IMG/VR virus record: IMGVR_UViG_3300033512_000347
Location: 21,083-85,082 of that record
Direction: 5' to 3' (one strand)
Origin: a virus
Length of the DNA stretch: 64,000 bases
Position numbers and translations under genes: made by a program. This document shows positions 47,925 to 56,438 of the stretch, one piece after another. Position 1 is the first letter of the stretch; every line of letters starts with the position of its first letter. The notes beneath the pieces are model-generated. The model made no database searches. It was not told where the DNA came from and was given only the letters and a program-made list of their open reading frames with translations.

Positions 47925-48374
47925 TTATAATGTTATAATTTTATGAATTTTTGTTGGGTATGATTTTAAGACACCATCTGATACTAATAATATAGAATTT
48001 TTATAGTCTTCCCAAGGAATAATAAATTTATTATCCATAACACCACAATTTAGTTCTCTAATCAATGCATTCAATGAATTGATAGAATATAATGTGTTGG
48101 ATTCTTTTTTTCTGTGTAATAGTATAGTATTAGGTAATACTTTATCAGACATATTAAATTGGTCTACATTATATGTTGCTATAAGCTCTTCCTTACCTTC
48201 AACTTTTAATATAAAAATTTTATTAAATAATATAGAATAACGTTTTGTTATACTTTGGATAGTTTCTTCTAAATTTTCTTCAGAAGTAAATGTAGTAAAT
48301 AATTTTGATGTGAAATTAGTCATAAATTGATGATTATCTAATATAAATATATCATCTTGGTGTAAATGTTGCAT
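47925..48374 (-). CDS. Hypothetical phage protein
   Basis: ORF track; TILLHRKKESNTLYSIN.LN. Confidence 0.65.
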   Translation of the reverse strand: MQHLHQDDIFILDNHQFMTNFTSKLFTTFTSEENLEETIQSITKRYSILFNKIFILKVEGKEELIATYNVDQFNMSDKVLPNTILLHRKKESNTLYSINSLNALIRELNCGVMDNKFIIPWEDYKNSILLVSDGVLKSYPTKIHKIITL

Positions 48375-48379
48375 AATCT

Positions 48380-49717
48380 TTATTTTATTTTTTTTAAGTT
48401 ATTATAATTTTTTCCAATAGAAACAGAACTTTTAAATCCATGTTTCTCTATAATTTTTTTGATTTCTTTTAATATAATCTTATCGTCATTTTCATTATAA
48501 TCTAACAAAAATGCATCATAAGAATAAAGTATAATTTTACTTTCTTTATCTTCTAAATATAATAAAAGATCTTTTAATATCCAAATATTATAATAAGTTT
48601 CTAAACTTTGAATTAAATAATTATATATTTTTTGAGGTGTTGGATTTGATATATCTTTTAAATATATTTTTCTACCACCTTTTAATTCAACAAAACCTTT
48701 TTCCTCCACCTCAACCCACATATTAGAAATATACTCTTCTAATTTTTTCCAAAAAGGAACATGTTTATATTGAGAATACACACCACCATTCATCATTTTG
48801 AACGACAGTTGTTTAGATTTTTTATATTCTTCTTCAGTTAATTCTTCTTTATTGAAATAAAATTTCCCAAGTTCTGTATGTATATCACCTTGTGGTAATT
48901 TATATCCTATTAATTTTGCGGATAGATATAAATGATATGCTCTAAAATCATATTCGAATAACCAATTTTCTGTTGGAATTATAAATTCACGTGTTAAATC
49001 GCTTTTATTTAATGCAGCAAAATTAATATTATTAAATGCATTTGAAGGACGTGATGTAAAATTATATAAATTATATTGGGTGTATATTTTATTATTTTTA
49101 ATTGAAAACTTTTTATAAGGTATAGAAAAATGGTGATTAAAAACATCGATATCTAATGATATTCCTTGTTTTTCAACACAATACATAACCCAAGTATATT
49201 CTTGTTGGTAATATGGGTTAAATAAATTAATCCCAATATAATGTTTTATAAAATTATATATTTTTTCCTGCTCTTCGTAATGTTTTGTTATGGGAATAAA
49301 AGAGTTTAAAACATTATGTGATTTAAAAGCACCTTCTATATAATTAGAAACTTTACTGGAAAAATCAGGTATCTTTAAAGGAATAATTGTTTCTTCTAGA
49401 TGGAGTAAATTTATATCAATCACTTTACTATCCATGAACTCCTCACCTAATTGATATAATAGTTTCTTTTTATCTAAAACATAAATATTAGGGTGTTTTA
49501 AAAGGAAATCTTTTACTAAATGTATATCTAAAGAAAAACCATCATTATGATTAATAGGAAATATATATCCTTTATGTCCTTCAACCTTATAATAAATTAA
49601 AGAAACCCCAGTTAAACTGGGGTGATAATTATTATTTAGGGGTATTACATTAATAAAACATTGTTTATTATATGATAATTTATTTAGTTGGTTTTTATTT
49701 TCAACGATCCAAAACAT
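48380..49717 (-). CDS. Short family A DNA polymerase-like protein
   Basis: FTSRPSN, EYDFRAYH (motif A-like), KSKQLSFKMMNGG (motif B-like), LYSYDAFL (motif C-like). Confidence 0.7.
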   Translation of the reverse strand: MFWIVENKNQLNKLSYNKQCFINVIPLNNNYHPSLTGVSLIYYKVEGHKGYIFPINHNDGFSLDIHLVKDFLLKHPNIYVLDKKKLLYQLGEEFMDSKVIDINLLHLEETIIPLKIPDFSSKVSNYIEGAFKSHNVLNSFIPITKHYEEQEKIYNFIKHYIGINLFNPYYQQEYTWVMYCVEKQGISLDIDVFNHHFSIPYKKFSIKNNKIYTQYNLYNFTSRPSNAFNNINFAALNKSDLTREFIIPTENWLFEYDFRAYHLYLSAKLIGYKLPQGDIHTELGKFYFNKEELTEEEYKKSKQLSFKMMNGGVYSQYKHVPFWKKLEEYISNMWVEVEEKGFVELKGGRKIYLKDISNPTPQKIYNYLIQSLETYYNIWILKDLLLYLEDKESKIILYSYDAFLLDYNENDDKIILKEIKKIIEKHGFKSSVSIGKNYNNLKKIK

Positions 49718-49738
49718 TTCGTAACTTTATTATTTTAT

Positions 49739-49770
49739 TTAATATACAAATAAAAAATTTAAAATACAAA
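49739..49770 (-). promoter_or_regulatory. Bacteroidota sigma70-type promoter heading the replication module
   Basis: TTTG-N20-TATATTAA. Confidence 0.5.
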
Positions 49771-49771
49771 T

Positions 49772-50359
49772 TTATTTTGAAAATTGAGTTAAATCAGTTA
49801 GATATTCTCTTAAACCAATAAATGATTTGTTTTTAATTTCAAGAATTCTCTTATTTTGATTTTCAACAAAAGATAATGGGAATTTACCATCTGATATCAT
49901 CCAAAATAGCGATATAACATCCCATCCAGGGTAATTGTATATTCCTTTTTTATTTAAAATATCATCATATGTATTTTTGTCTATTTCCATTATTTTATAA
50001 TTCCTAATTTTCCTTTCTTTGGCAAAATATCTAGTTATTTTACCATTTTGGTATTCTTCTTTATTTATCTTATATGAATATTGTTTTGGTTCTAAATATT
50101 CTTTTACTACTTTAGATGGGTTGTTTTTATTATATTTAATCGATAATTCATTTAAATTATTTTTTTTAATAATTTCGTCCTTTTCATAGTTTTTAAATAT
50201 TTCTACACTATTTTTACTTTGGGGGTTTAATCCTGTATAATACTTACCATTAAAAGTAATATAATAAGGACCATTATATGAATTCCCATCATTAGTGGCA
50301 AATTCATTATTAGATATCATTCCTGTTATTATTCTTGACTTTGGGAAATAAGCACACAT
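49772..50359 (-). CDS. Hypothetical protein (tail module)
   Basis: ORF track; Y.GPYY...GKYYTG..P, ITRYF. Confidence 0.6.
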   Translation of the reverse strand: MCAYFPKSRIITGMISNNEFATNDGNSYNGPYYITFNGKYYTGLNPQSKNSVEIFKNYEKDEIIKKNNLNELSIKYNKNNPSKVVKEYLEPKQYSYKINKEEYQNGKITRYFAKERKIRNYKIMEIDKNTYDDILNKKGIYNYPGWDVISLFWMISDGKFPLSFVENQNKRILEIKNKSFIGLREYLTDLTQFSK

Positions 50360-50366
50360 TATTTTT

Positions 50367-53300
50367 TTAAATTTTATTAATATAACAATTATAATATTCG
50401 ATTTTTTTAGATTTTATATCCCCAACACTATAACCCACTGAAGATAATGATTTTGAAAAATAATCTTTATCATATTGATCCACTTTTACTCTATCTTTAA
50501 AATAAATAGCTGCTATTTCTGCTCCTATTATAGGATCGTTTACTAGATCTGGGTTATTAATTATATCAATACCACTTAATTGAGAATATCTTTTATAATT
50601 TCCATATCCCGTTAACTGAATGTATCCCCTTCCAAAATATTTTCCACCATCTGATATATTTCTATTCCCTACTCGAGATGGGTAATATTCTCCATACACG
50701 ATTTGAAAAAATTCTTTTTTAGATATACCCTTTCTACATGCTCTTTTATATTGTGTTTCTGTTAAATTAGGAAATATTTGTCTTAGTCTGGATTCACTAT
50801 ATATATGGGATTCATCTTTAGGATTTAACCCAGATTCTCCTGCAGATATTGCTATTAGTGATGTTAGGGATTGTGGTGATGTTAAACCTATTTTTTTAGC
50901 AGCATTTTTTAGATAATTAATAGGTATATTAATAGTACTTGGTGAAAAAAATGAGGATGCTCTTCTAGTACAGGTTTCAGATATTGGTAAATATGGTAAT
51001 TGAATATTAAATGGTTCTGTATTAGATGAAGTTATTATTTTTGGTGTATATAAAGGTACATCATCTTTATCAAATCTAATATTAATAGTTTGTCCTGTTA
51101 TTTTAGTTATCCATCTGTTATTAGAGAATGATTGGTTTATAGTATGTAAAATAAAGGCTATTTTTGATTTACCATCTTTAGTTAAATATGTTGAAGGTAA
51201 TAAATTCGTTGGTATAGTAAAAGAGGAATTTGGTATTATCCCTGATATTCCGTCCATTTCTATAGTAAAATCCAATGGAATTATTATAGTACCTTTATTT
51301 GCAGGATCCTCTTGTGTTCTATAATTAGCTAATATTTCTCTATATGTGTTTATAGAAGGTTCTATTAAATTTTGATTAATAGTAAATTCCAATACTCCAT
51401 TCCCCATAATATTTTTCATATGAGTTATTAGTGAATTTTTAGATTCCGTTTCTATATTATTAACTTTTTGATTAGTTGGTGTTTTTATTTCTGAGGTTTG
51501 TTTTTTTCTCATATAGCGGTCTTCTAATCCTCTTGAAAGATTTGAAATAGCAAATGAATCTTCCCCTAAAGTTTGTGGTTCTGCTTGGGCCGCTATTGTA
51601 ATCATACTAGCCATATTAGGACCTATTTTGGATTTAAAATTATAGTTATATACTATACTTTCTTTCCCAAATATTGGTATTTCAGTATATTGTTTTTCAT
51701 CATCAAATTCATTATATGATAAAGTTTTATTATCATCTATTATTCTAAAAGATTTTGATGAATCATCTACTAGTATTCTAAATTCATTAAAACCTCCTAA
51801 TGATTTAGATATCCCAGATAATAAGCTGTTTAAAAAATTAGAGTAAGTGACATCCCCCTTTTCATTTTCTTCTCTAAGTTTTCTTAGAGTATCGGTTATA
51901 AAATTAATATTAATTAAAATATACATCATCCTTGCTCTAACTGTAGGTTCATCTGTTTTTAGATATGAATTTGTAATAGTTCCAGATTGTTCTTCAATAG
52001 TTATTTTTACTTTATTACCACTGTTTTTCTTATATGATGATGTTACCTTATTTCCATTAAATCTATCAAATAATCTATCTTCTATAACCCCCAATCCAAA
52101 AGGATCTTCAATACTATTTTGATTTCTTGGTATTATACATATTTGTGGATCTAATGATAATTGTCCTTTAAATGTAGAACAATAATTTAATGAATCGTTG
52201 AAATCTGCATATATATGAGGTTTACCATTATTTTCCTCATTAGTGTCATATATCATACCAGTAGAGGTCATTAATGCTAAAAGATTACCTAATGTTATAT
52301 ATATTTGGGGTTGTAAACCTGTAGGTGAAATATTTGGTGAGTTATCATTAATTGTATATTTTACTCCAAATATATTGAATAATGATTCTCTAATTTTTGG
52401 AATGTTATTTATATCAGGTGATAAATTATTTAATAAAGAATAATGATTTCCTCTTTCTGATATTTTATCCTTACTTTTTACCTTTCCACTTTCATCAAAT
52501 TGTAAAAAGTTGTAAGGACATTTGGAAAATATATTATTTAATATATTTCTATAACCTACATCAGGAACACCATTAACCATTACTCCTTCATTATAATTCT
52601 TGTTAATATGATATTGTCCTATATCAAATAATGCTCTATTTAATATAGACAAGTCTCTGTCTCCAACTAGAGAAGTTAAATTATTTCTTTCATCATCATC
52701 AACCCCCGCAATTTCTTCTTCCAATTTTTTGTGAGTAGATTGAGGGATAAAATTGGTATTTTTACTTACGGCTTGATTAATTTTTAATGATTCTAAAATA
52801 TCTCCAGCACCTACCAATTTTATATCGCATATATAAGAACCATCTTTTTGAAATTCCCACCCAAAATTAGAAATAGTTCCTAACATAGCATCATAATTAC
52901 CGGAATGTTCTATTCTTTTATTTTGAATAGCTTTCATTAATTCTTCTTTTGAAGAATATGAATATATATCTAATGGTATTGGAGTTTTTAGAATTGATTG
53001 ATCTTCATTATCTAAATAATAACTATGACCCCATTCTAATATAAGAGAAAATCCCAACTTCATATATAAAGCATCATATATTTCTAACTGTTCTAAATCA
53101 TAACAGATAAATTTGATTGTTGCATATTGAAGAGTACCTAATTTACCCGCAGATGATAAATCTATTGATGTTATACCAGGCATAGGTTTTAATCCTAAAG
53201 GTCTATTAGGTAACATACCATATAATTTATCTTCACCAATTCCACCTCTATTTATAACAGTATTGTTGGATTTATCTATTGAACCTCCTTGTAATATATA

Positions 53301-53531
53301 TTTTTTAGAGATTAAATCTCCTGATATATTATATTTTTTTGCAATAGGATGATCCTGGTTAAAATCAACACTTGATGTTAATCTCATCCATGAATTTCTA
53401 TTGTTTTGATATATAAGATGTTTGTTGGTTCTATTGGTATGGGATTCTGAAAGAAAATTTTTTCTAACTTCAATTTGTTTGGCTACATAAGGCTGAAATG
53501 GACCCCCAGCCACATTGGTGAATTTTTCCAT
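50367..53531 (-). CDS. Baseplate hub-like protein with C-terminal GH19 lysozyme/chitinase domain
   Basis: KPMPGITS..., MDGISGI hub-like motifs; YFGRGYIQLTGYGNY...IINNPDLV. Confidence 0.75.
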   Translation of the reverse strand: MEKFTNVAGGPFQPYVAKQIEVRKNFLSESHTNRTNKHLIYQNNRNSWMRLTSSVDFNQDHPIAKKYNISGDLISKKYILQGGSIDKSNNTVINRGGIGEDKLYGMLPNRPLGLKPMPGITSIDLSSAGKLGTLQYATIKFICYDLEQLEIYDALYMKLGFSLILEWGHSYYLDNEDQSILKTPIPLDIYSYSSKEELMKAIQNKRIEHSGNYDAMLGTISNFGWEFQKDGSYICDIKLVGAGDILESLKINQAVSKNTNFIPQSTHKKLEEEIAGVDDDERNNLTSLVGDRDLSILNRALFDIGQYHINKNYNEGVMVNGVPDVGYRNILNNIFSKCPYNFLQFDESGKVKSKDKISERGNHYSLLNNLSPDINNIPKIRESLFNIFGVKYTINDNSPNISPTGLQPQIYITLGNLLALMTSTGMIYDTNEENNGKPHIYADFNDSLNYCSTFKGQLSLDPQICIIPRNQNSIEDPFGLGVIEDRLFDRFNGNKVTSSYKKNSGNKVKITIEEQSGTITNSYLKTDEPTVRARMMYILININFITDTLRKLREENEKGDVTYSNFLNSLLSGISKSLGGFNEFRILVDDSSKSFRIIDDNKTLSYNEFDDEKQYTEIPIFGKESIVYNYNFKSKIGPNMASMITIAAQAEPQTLGEDSFAISNLSRGLEDRYMRKKQTSEIKTPTNQKVNNIETESKNSLITHMKNIMGNGVLEFTINQNLIEPSINTYREILANYRTQEDPANKGTIIIPLDFTIEMDGISGIIPNSSFTIPTNLLPSTYLTKDGKSKIAFILHTINQSFSNNRWITKITGQTINIRFDKDDVPLYTPKIITSSNTEPFNIQLPYLPISETCTRRASSFFSPSTINIPINYLKNAAKKIGLTSPQSLTSLIAISAGESGLNPKDESHIYSESRLRQIFPNLTETQYKRACRKGISKKEFFQIVYGEYYPSRVGNRNISDGGKYFGRGYIQLTGYGNYKRYSQLSGIDIINNPDLVNDPIIGAEIAAIYFKDRVKVDQYDKDYFSKSLSSVGYSVGDIKSKKIEYYNCYINKI

Positions 53532-53533
53532 AA

Positions 53534-54157
53534 TTATTTATAATCGATTAAATTTCTTTTTATATGTCTGTTAATATAAGAACAAAGTGGTCTTAAATTA
53601 GTATAATGATTAAGTCTTATTATGTCATTTTCAGTTTTAGCAGAACTAATAGGTATAATATGATCTATATCCCAAGTTTTATTTAACTCTAATATTCCAT
53701 CTTTTGGATCGCCATGATTATCCCAGTTCATCCATAGTTCAAATAAAGATTCAAGATGTATTTTAAATTCTTCAAAGGTACAACCTAAAATTTCTTGGGT
53801 TTTAATATTTTTTACTATATTATTATTTCTAAAATATTTATTAATATTATTTCTAGTATCTGTAATTAATTTAAATAAAGAATCATTTTTATATTTATCT
53901 CTTTTCCATTTTTTATCTTTTTCTTTAGAAGTAAGGGATTTGTTTTTATTATATTCTTTTTGATATAATTTCTTCTTCTCAGAATTAATTAAATTATATT
54001 TTCTTTTATATTCCTGCTTCTTTTCTATATTTTCTAAATATTTTTCTTTTTCATATTGATTTCTATATTCTTTATTTTTAATATAATATTCTTTCCTCCT
54101 TTCTAAAGTTTTTAAATAATATTCCTTTTGATATTGTTTTTTTTGTTCTTTATTCAT
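53534..54157 (-). CDS. HNH homing endonuclease-like protein (paralog of 5274..5891)
   Basis: ILGCTFEEF..HLES.F; WDIDHIIPISSA; NHYTNLRPLC. Confidence 0.8.
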   Translation of the reverse strand: MNKEQKKQYQKEYYLKTLERRKEYYIKNKEYRNQYEKEKYLENIEKKQEYKRKYNLINSEKKKLYQKEYNKNKSLTSKEKDKKWKRDKYKNDSLFKLITDTRNNINKYFRNNNIVKNIKTQEILGCTFEEFKIHLESLFELWMNWDNHGDPKDGILELNKTWDIDHIIPISSAKTENDIIRLNHYTNLRPLCSYINRHIKRNLIDYK

Positions 54158-54161
54158 AACA

Positions 54162-54464
54162 TTATATTTCGTTTTCTTTATTGAAAGTATTAATTAATTG
54201 GACAACATCTATAGGTATTCTTAATTGCACTCCTATTGGTGGATAAAATGAATCGCATTCTAGATTATTTAACATAGGAATCAGCCACCAATTAGTTTCA
54301 TCACCCCAAAAGTCTTTTGCAATCATATCATATCTATCAGTTGTTGAAGTAATAATATATATATCATCTTCATTAATTCCAAATTCAGGATAATAAGTTT
54401 GACGGTAAATATTTTTACCGTCATCTGTTTTTTGAGTTTGTATTGTTAAATATCTTGAAGACAT
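54162..54464 (-). CDS. LysM/tail X-like baseplate protein
   Basis: YIIT..TDRYD.IA..FWGD...WW.I...N; GVQLRIP. Confidence 0.75.
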   Translation of the reverse strand: MSSRYLTIQTQKTDDGKNIYRQTYYPEFGINEDDIYIITSTTDRYDMIAKDFWGDETNWWLIPMLNNLECDSFYPPIGVQLRIPIDVVQLINTFNKENEI

Positions 54465-54466
54465 AA

Positions 54467-56197
54467 TTATAAATTTTGGAATGGGTTTTTATCTCTAATA
54501 AAATTTTCACTATCTCCAATATTTTCAGATATCAATGCAGGGATATTAAAATCATTTCTTGTAATAGTTCTAGGTAATTGATGTAATATTGGAATAAAAG
54601 TAACTGATACGTTTATTGCATGAGGTAATTCCATCATATCGTTATCTTTCCCACCTTCTGGTTCATCCATTTTTATTTCCCAAGAATAATTGTCGTCAAT
54701 TGAAAAGTTTAAAGATTTAATAATACCGGGTGTTCTATATAAATATTCTCCAATAGTTAATCTATGTATATTACCTCTCATAAATCCATTCCCCGGAGAA
54801 TAATCTGGATATAATGTTGAGTTTAGATAGTTTAATTTTTGCCATAAAGGTTTCATTTCTTGTTTTGATTGGGCCAATACTGTAAATGAAAAGGAAATAC
54901 TTCTATTAAAACCTTGATAGGTATACATATCATCTCCCCTCCCTGTGTATTTCTTACCATCCCAATCAGCTGAGTTGTTGTCTGTGAAACCTTTTAAAAA
55001 AGCTCTAAAGTGGGTTCTATATGTGTTGTTTGTATTATTATTATCAATAGTTTCAAAAGCAAATTTTATTAAATCTCTGGTGTTTGGATCTTCTTCAATA
55101 GGTTTAGAGAAATTTCCATAATATATAGGAGTCAGGTTTACTTTATCTTGACCAGGCTCATATATTTGATTGGTGTTGGTTCTCAAATTACTTGGTCTAG
55201 CACCAGGAGAACCTATACCAACTCTTCTATCAATATTAATTGTTGGTTGAGAATAATCTCTTGAAAAAGAACTACCAGATGGTAATAAATTATTTCTAAA
55301 ATCTGTAATTGAAGAACCTATTATGTATTTTTCTCTGTTAATTATATTTTTAGGCGATTTTAATACTATAGATGATGGTTCTTTTATATTATTATCAATA
55401 ATACCTAATTCTTCATCATTTTTATATTCTTTTAAAAAATTTGTAGCACCAAATAAAGATAATGAACTAGTATTAGCGTTTGGTGTGTATTTTGATAATG
55501 GAATAATATTAGGATTAGTAGTATTAATAGGTACCCCAGCATGATCAGTAGCTCTAAAAATTAAAGTTTCACCATCTCCATATAATGAATTAGGACCACC
55601 AATATAATTCATTATTTGATGGGGGTCTGTTGATATTCCTAAGTTTTCTAATTTAAAAGAACTAACATCACTTCCTAATATTTTGGTATTATATAAATTT
55701 ACTAATCTATTATCTTCTGTGTTTTTCTTACCAACAATGGAAAAATATTTATTATTATCATCTAATAAAGTTAATGGAGTAGCTCCTGATTTGGGATAAT
55801 ATAATCCAGTACCTGATGTTAATACTGATAATAATAAATTAGAATTTAAATTATAAGTTCTTGTGTTTATTCTTCCACCATTTTTACCAGTTTCTATTAG
55901 AGGGTTTGATTTTGTTAATCCTACTTGTTTTTGGGTAAAATTACTACCTTTAGGAAAATCTGTTAAAAATTTTCTAATTCTAATTGCATCTTCTGCAGCA
56001 GCACGAACAGAATAAAGACCACCTCTAGTTGGGAAATCAGAGCTAAATTTTGCGGATTCTAGTGCTATTCTTTCCATGGCATTAGAATCTTCTGGTAATG
56101 GTGTTTTAATATAAGGCAGACCACTATCACCACCACCTGGGGTGTCTTTACCAAAACGTAATTTGGTGAGATTAGTTTGTAGATCTTTTAAAGCCAT
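54467..56197 (-). CDS. Baseplate / tube-initiator-like structural protein
   Basis: FRAFL....D...A.W....Y.GR...Y.Y.GF.R.ISF.F; L.IG; position after tape measure. Confidence 0.6.
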   Translation of the reverse strand: MALKDLQTNLTKLRFGKDTPGGGDSGLPYIKTPLPEDSNAMERIALESAKFSSDFPTRGGLYSVRAAAEDAIRIRKFLTDFPKGSNFTQKQVGLTKSNPLIETGKNGGRINTRTYNLNSNLLLSVLTSGTGLYYPKSGATPLTLLDDNNKYFSIVGKKNTEDNRLVNLYNTKILGSDVSSFKLENLGISTDPHQIMNYIGGPNSLYGDGETLIFRATDHAGVPINTTNPNIIPLSKYTPNANTSSLSLFGATNFLKEYKNDEELGIIDNNIKEPSSIVLKSPKNIINREKYIIGSSITDFRNNLLPSGSSFSRDYSQPTINIDRRVGIGSPGARPSNLRTNTNQIYEPGQDKVNLTPIYYGNFSKPIEEDPNTRDLIKFAFETIDNNNTNNTYRTHFRAFLKGFTDNNSADWDGKKYTGRGDDMYTYQGFNRSISFSFTVLAQSKQEMKPLWQKLNYLNSTLYPDYSPGNGFMRGNIHRLTIGEYLYRTPGIIKSLNFSIDDNYSWEIKMDEPEGGKDNDMMELPHAINVSVTFIPILHQLPRTITRNDFNIPALISENIGDSENFIRDKNPFQNL

Positions 56198-56200
56198 ATA

Positions 56201-56407
56201 TTACTGAGGTAAATTATCAGTATATTTAGGTGGTGTTTGTCCATTTAAATCTAATTGAGATGGTACAGGTAGATTTGGTAATGTTGGTGTACCATTTATT
56301 GAATACTCATTATGTTGTTGAGATGTTAATAATGTTGGTAAATTATTTTGTGTAACTCCACCTGTTGAAAGTGTAGAAGATACTTCTTGTCCTAATATTT
56401 GTGGCAT
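56201..56407 (-). CDS. Small hypothetical structural-module protein
   Basis: ORF track; SQLDLNG.TP.KY.DNLP. Confidence 0.55.
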   Translation of the reverse strand: MPQILGQEVSSTLSTGGVTQNNLPTLLTSQQHNEYSINGTPTLPNLPVPSQLDLNGQTPPKYTDNLPQ

Positions 56408-56438
56408 TTTATTAAATTTTAGTTATTTATTATAAATA

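Noticed and set aside
5277-54175. Shared 15-mer ATTATATTTCGTTTT at 5277 and 54161 as an HNH target-site duplication
   Set aside because: It lies at the 3' end of one HNH but upstream of the other, and an AT-rich match is plausible by chance.
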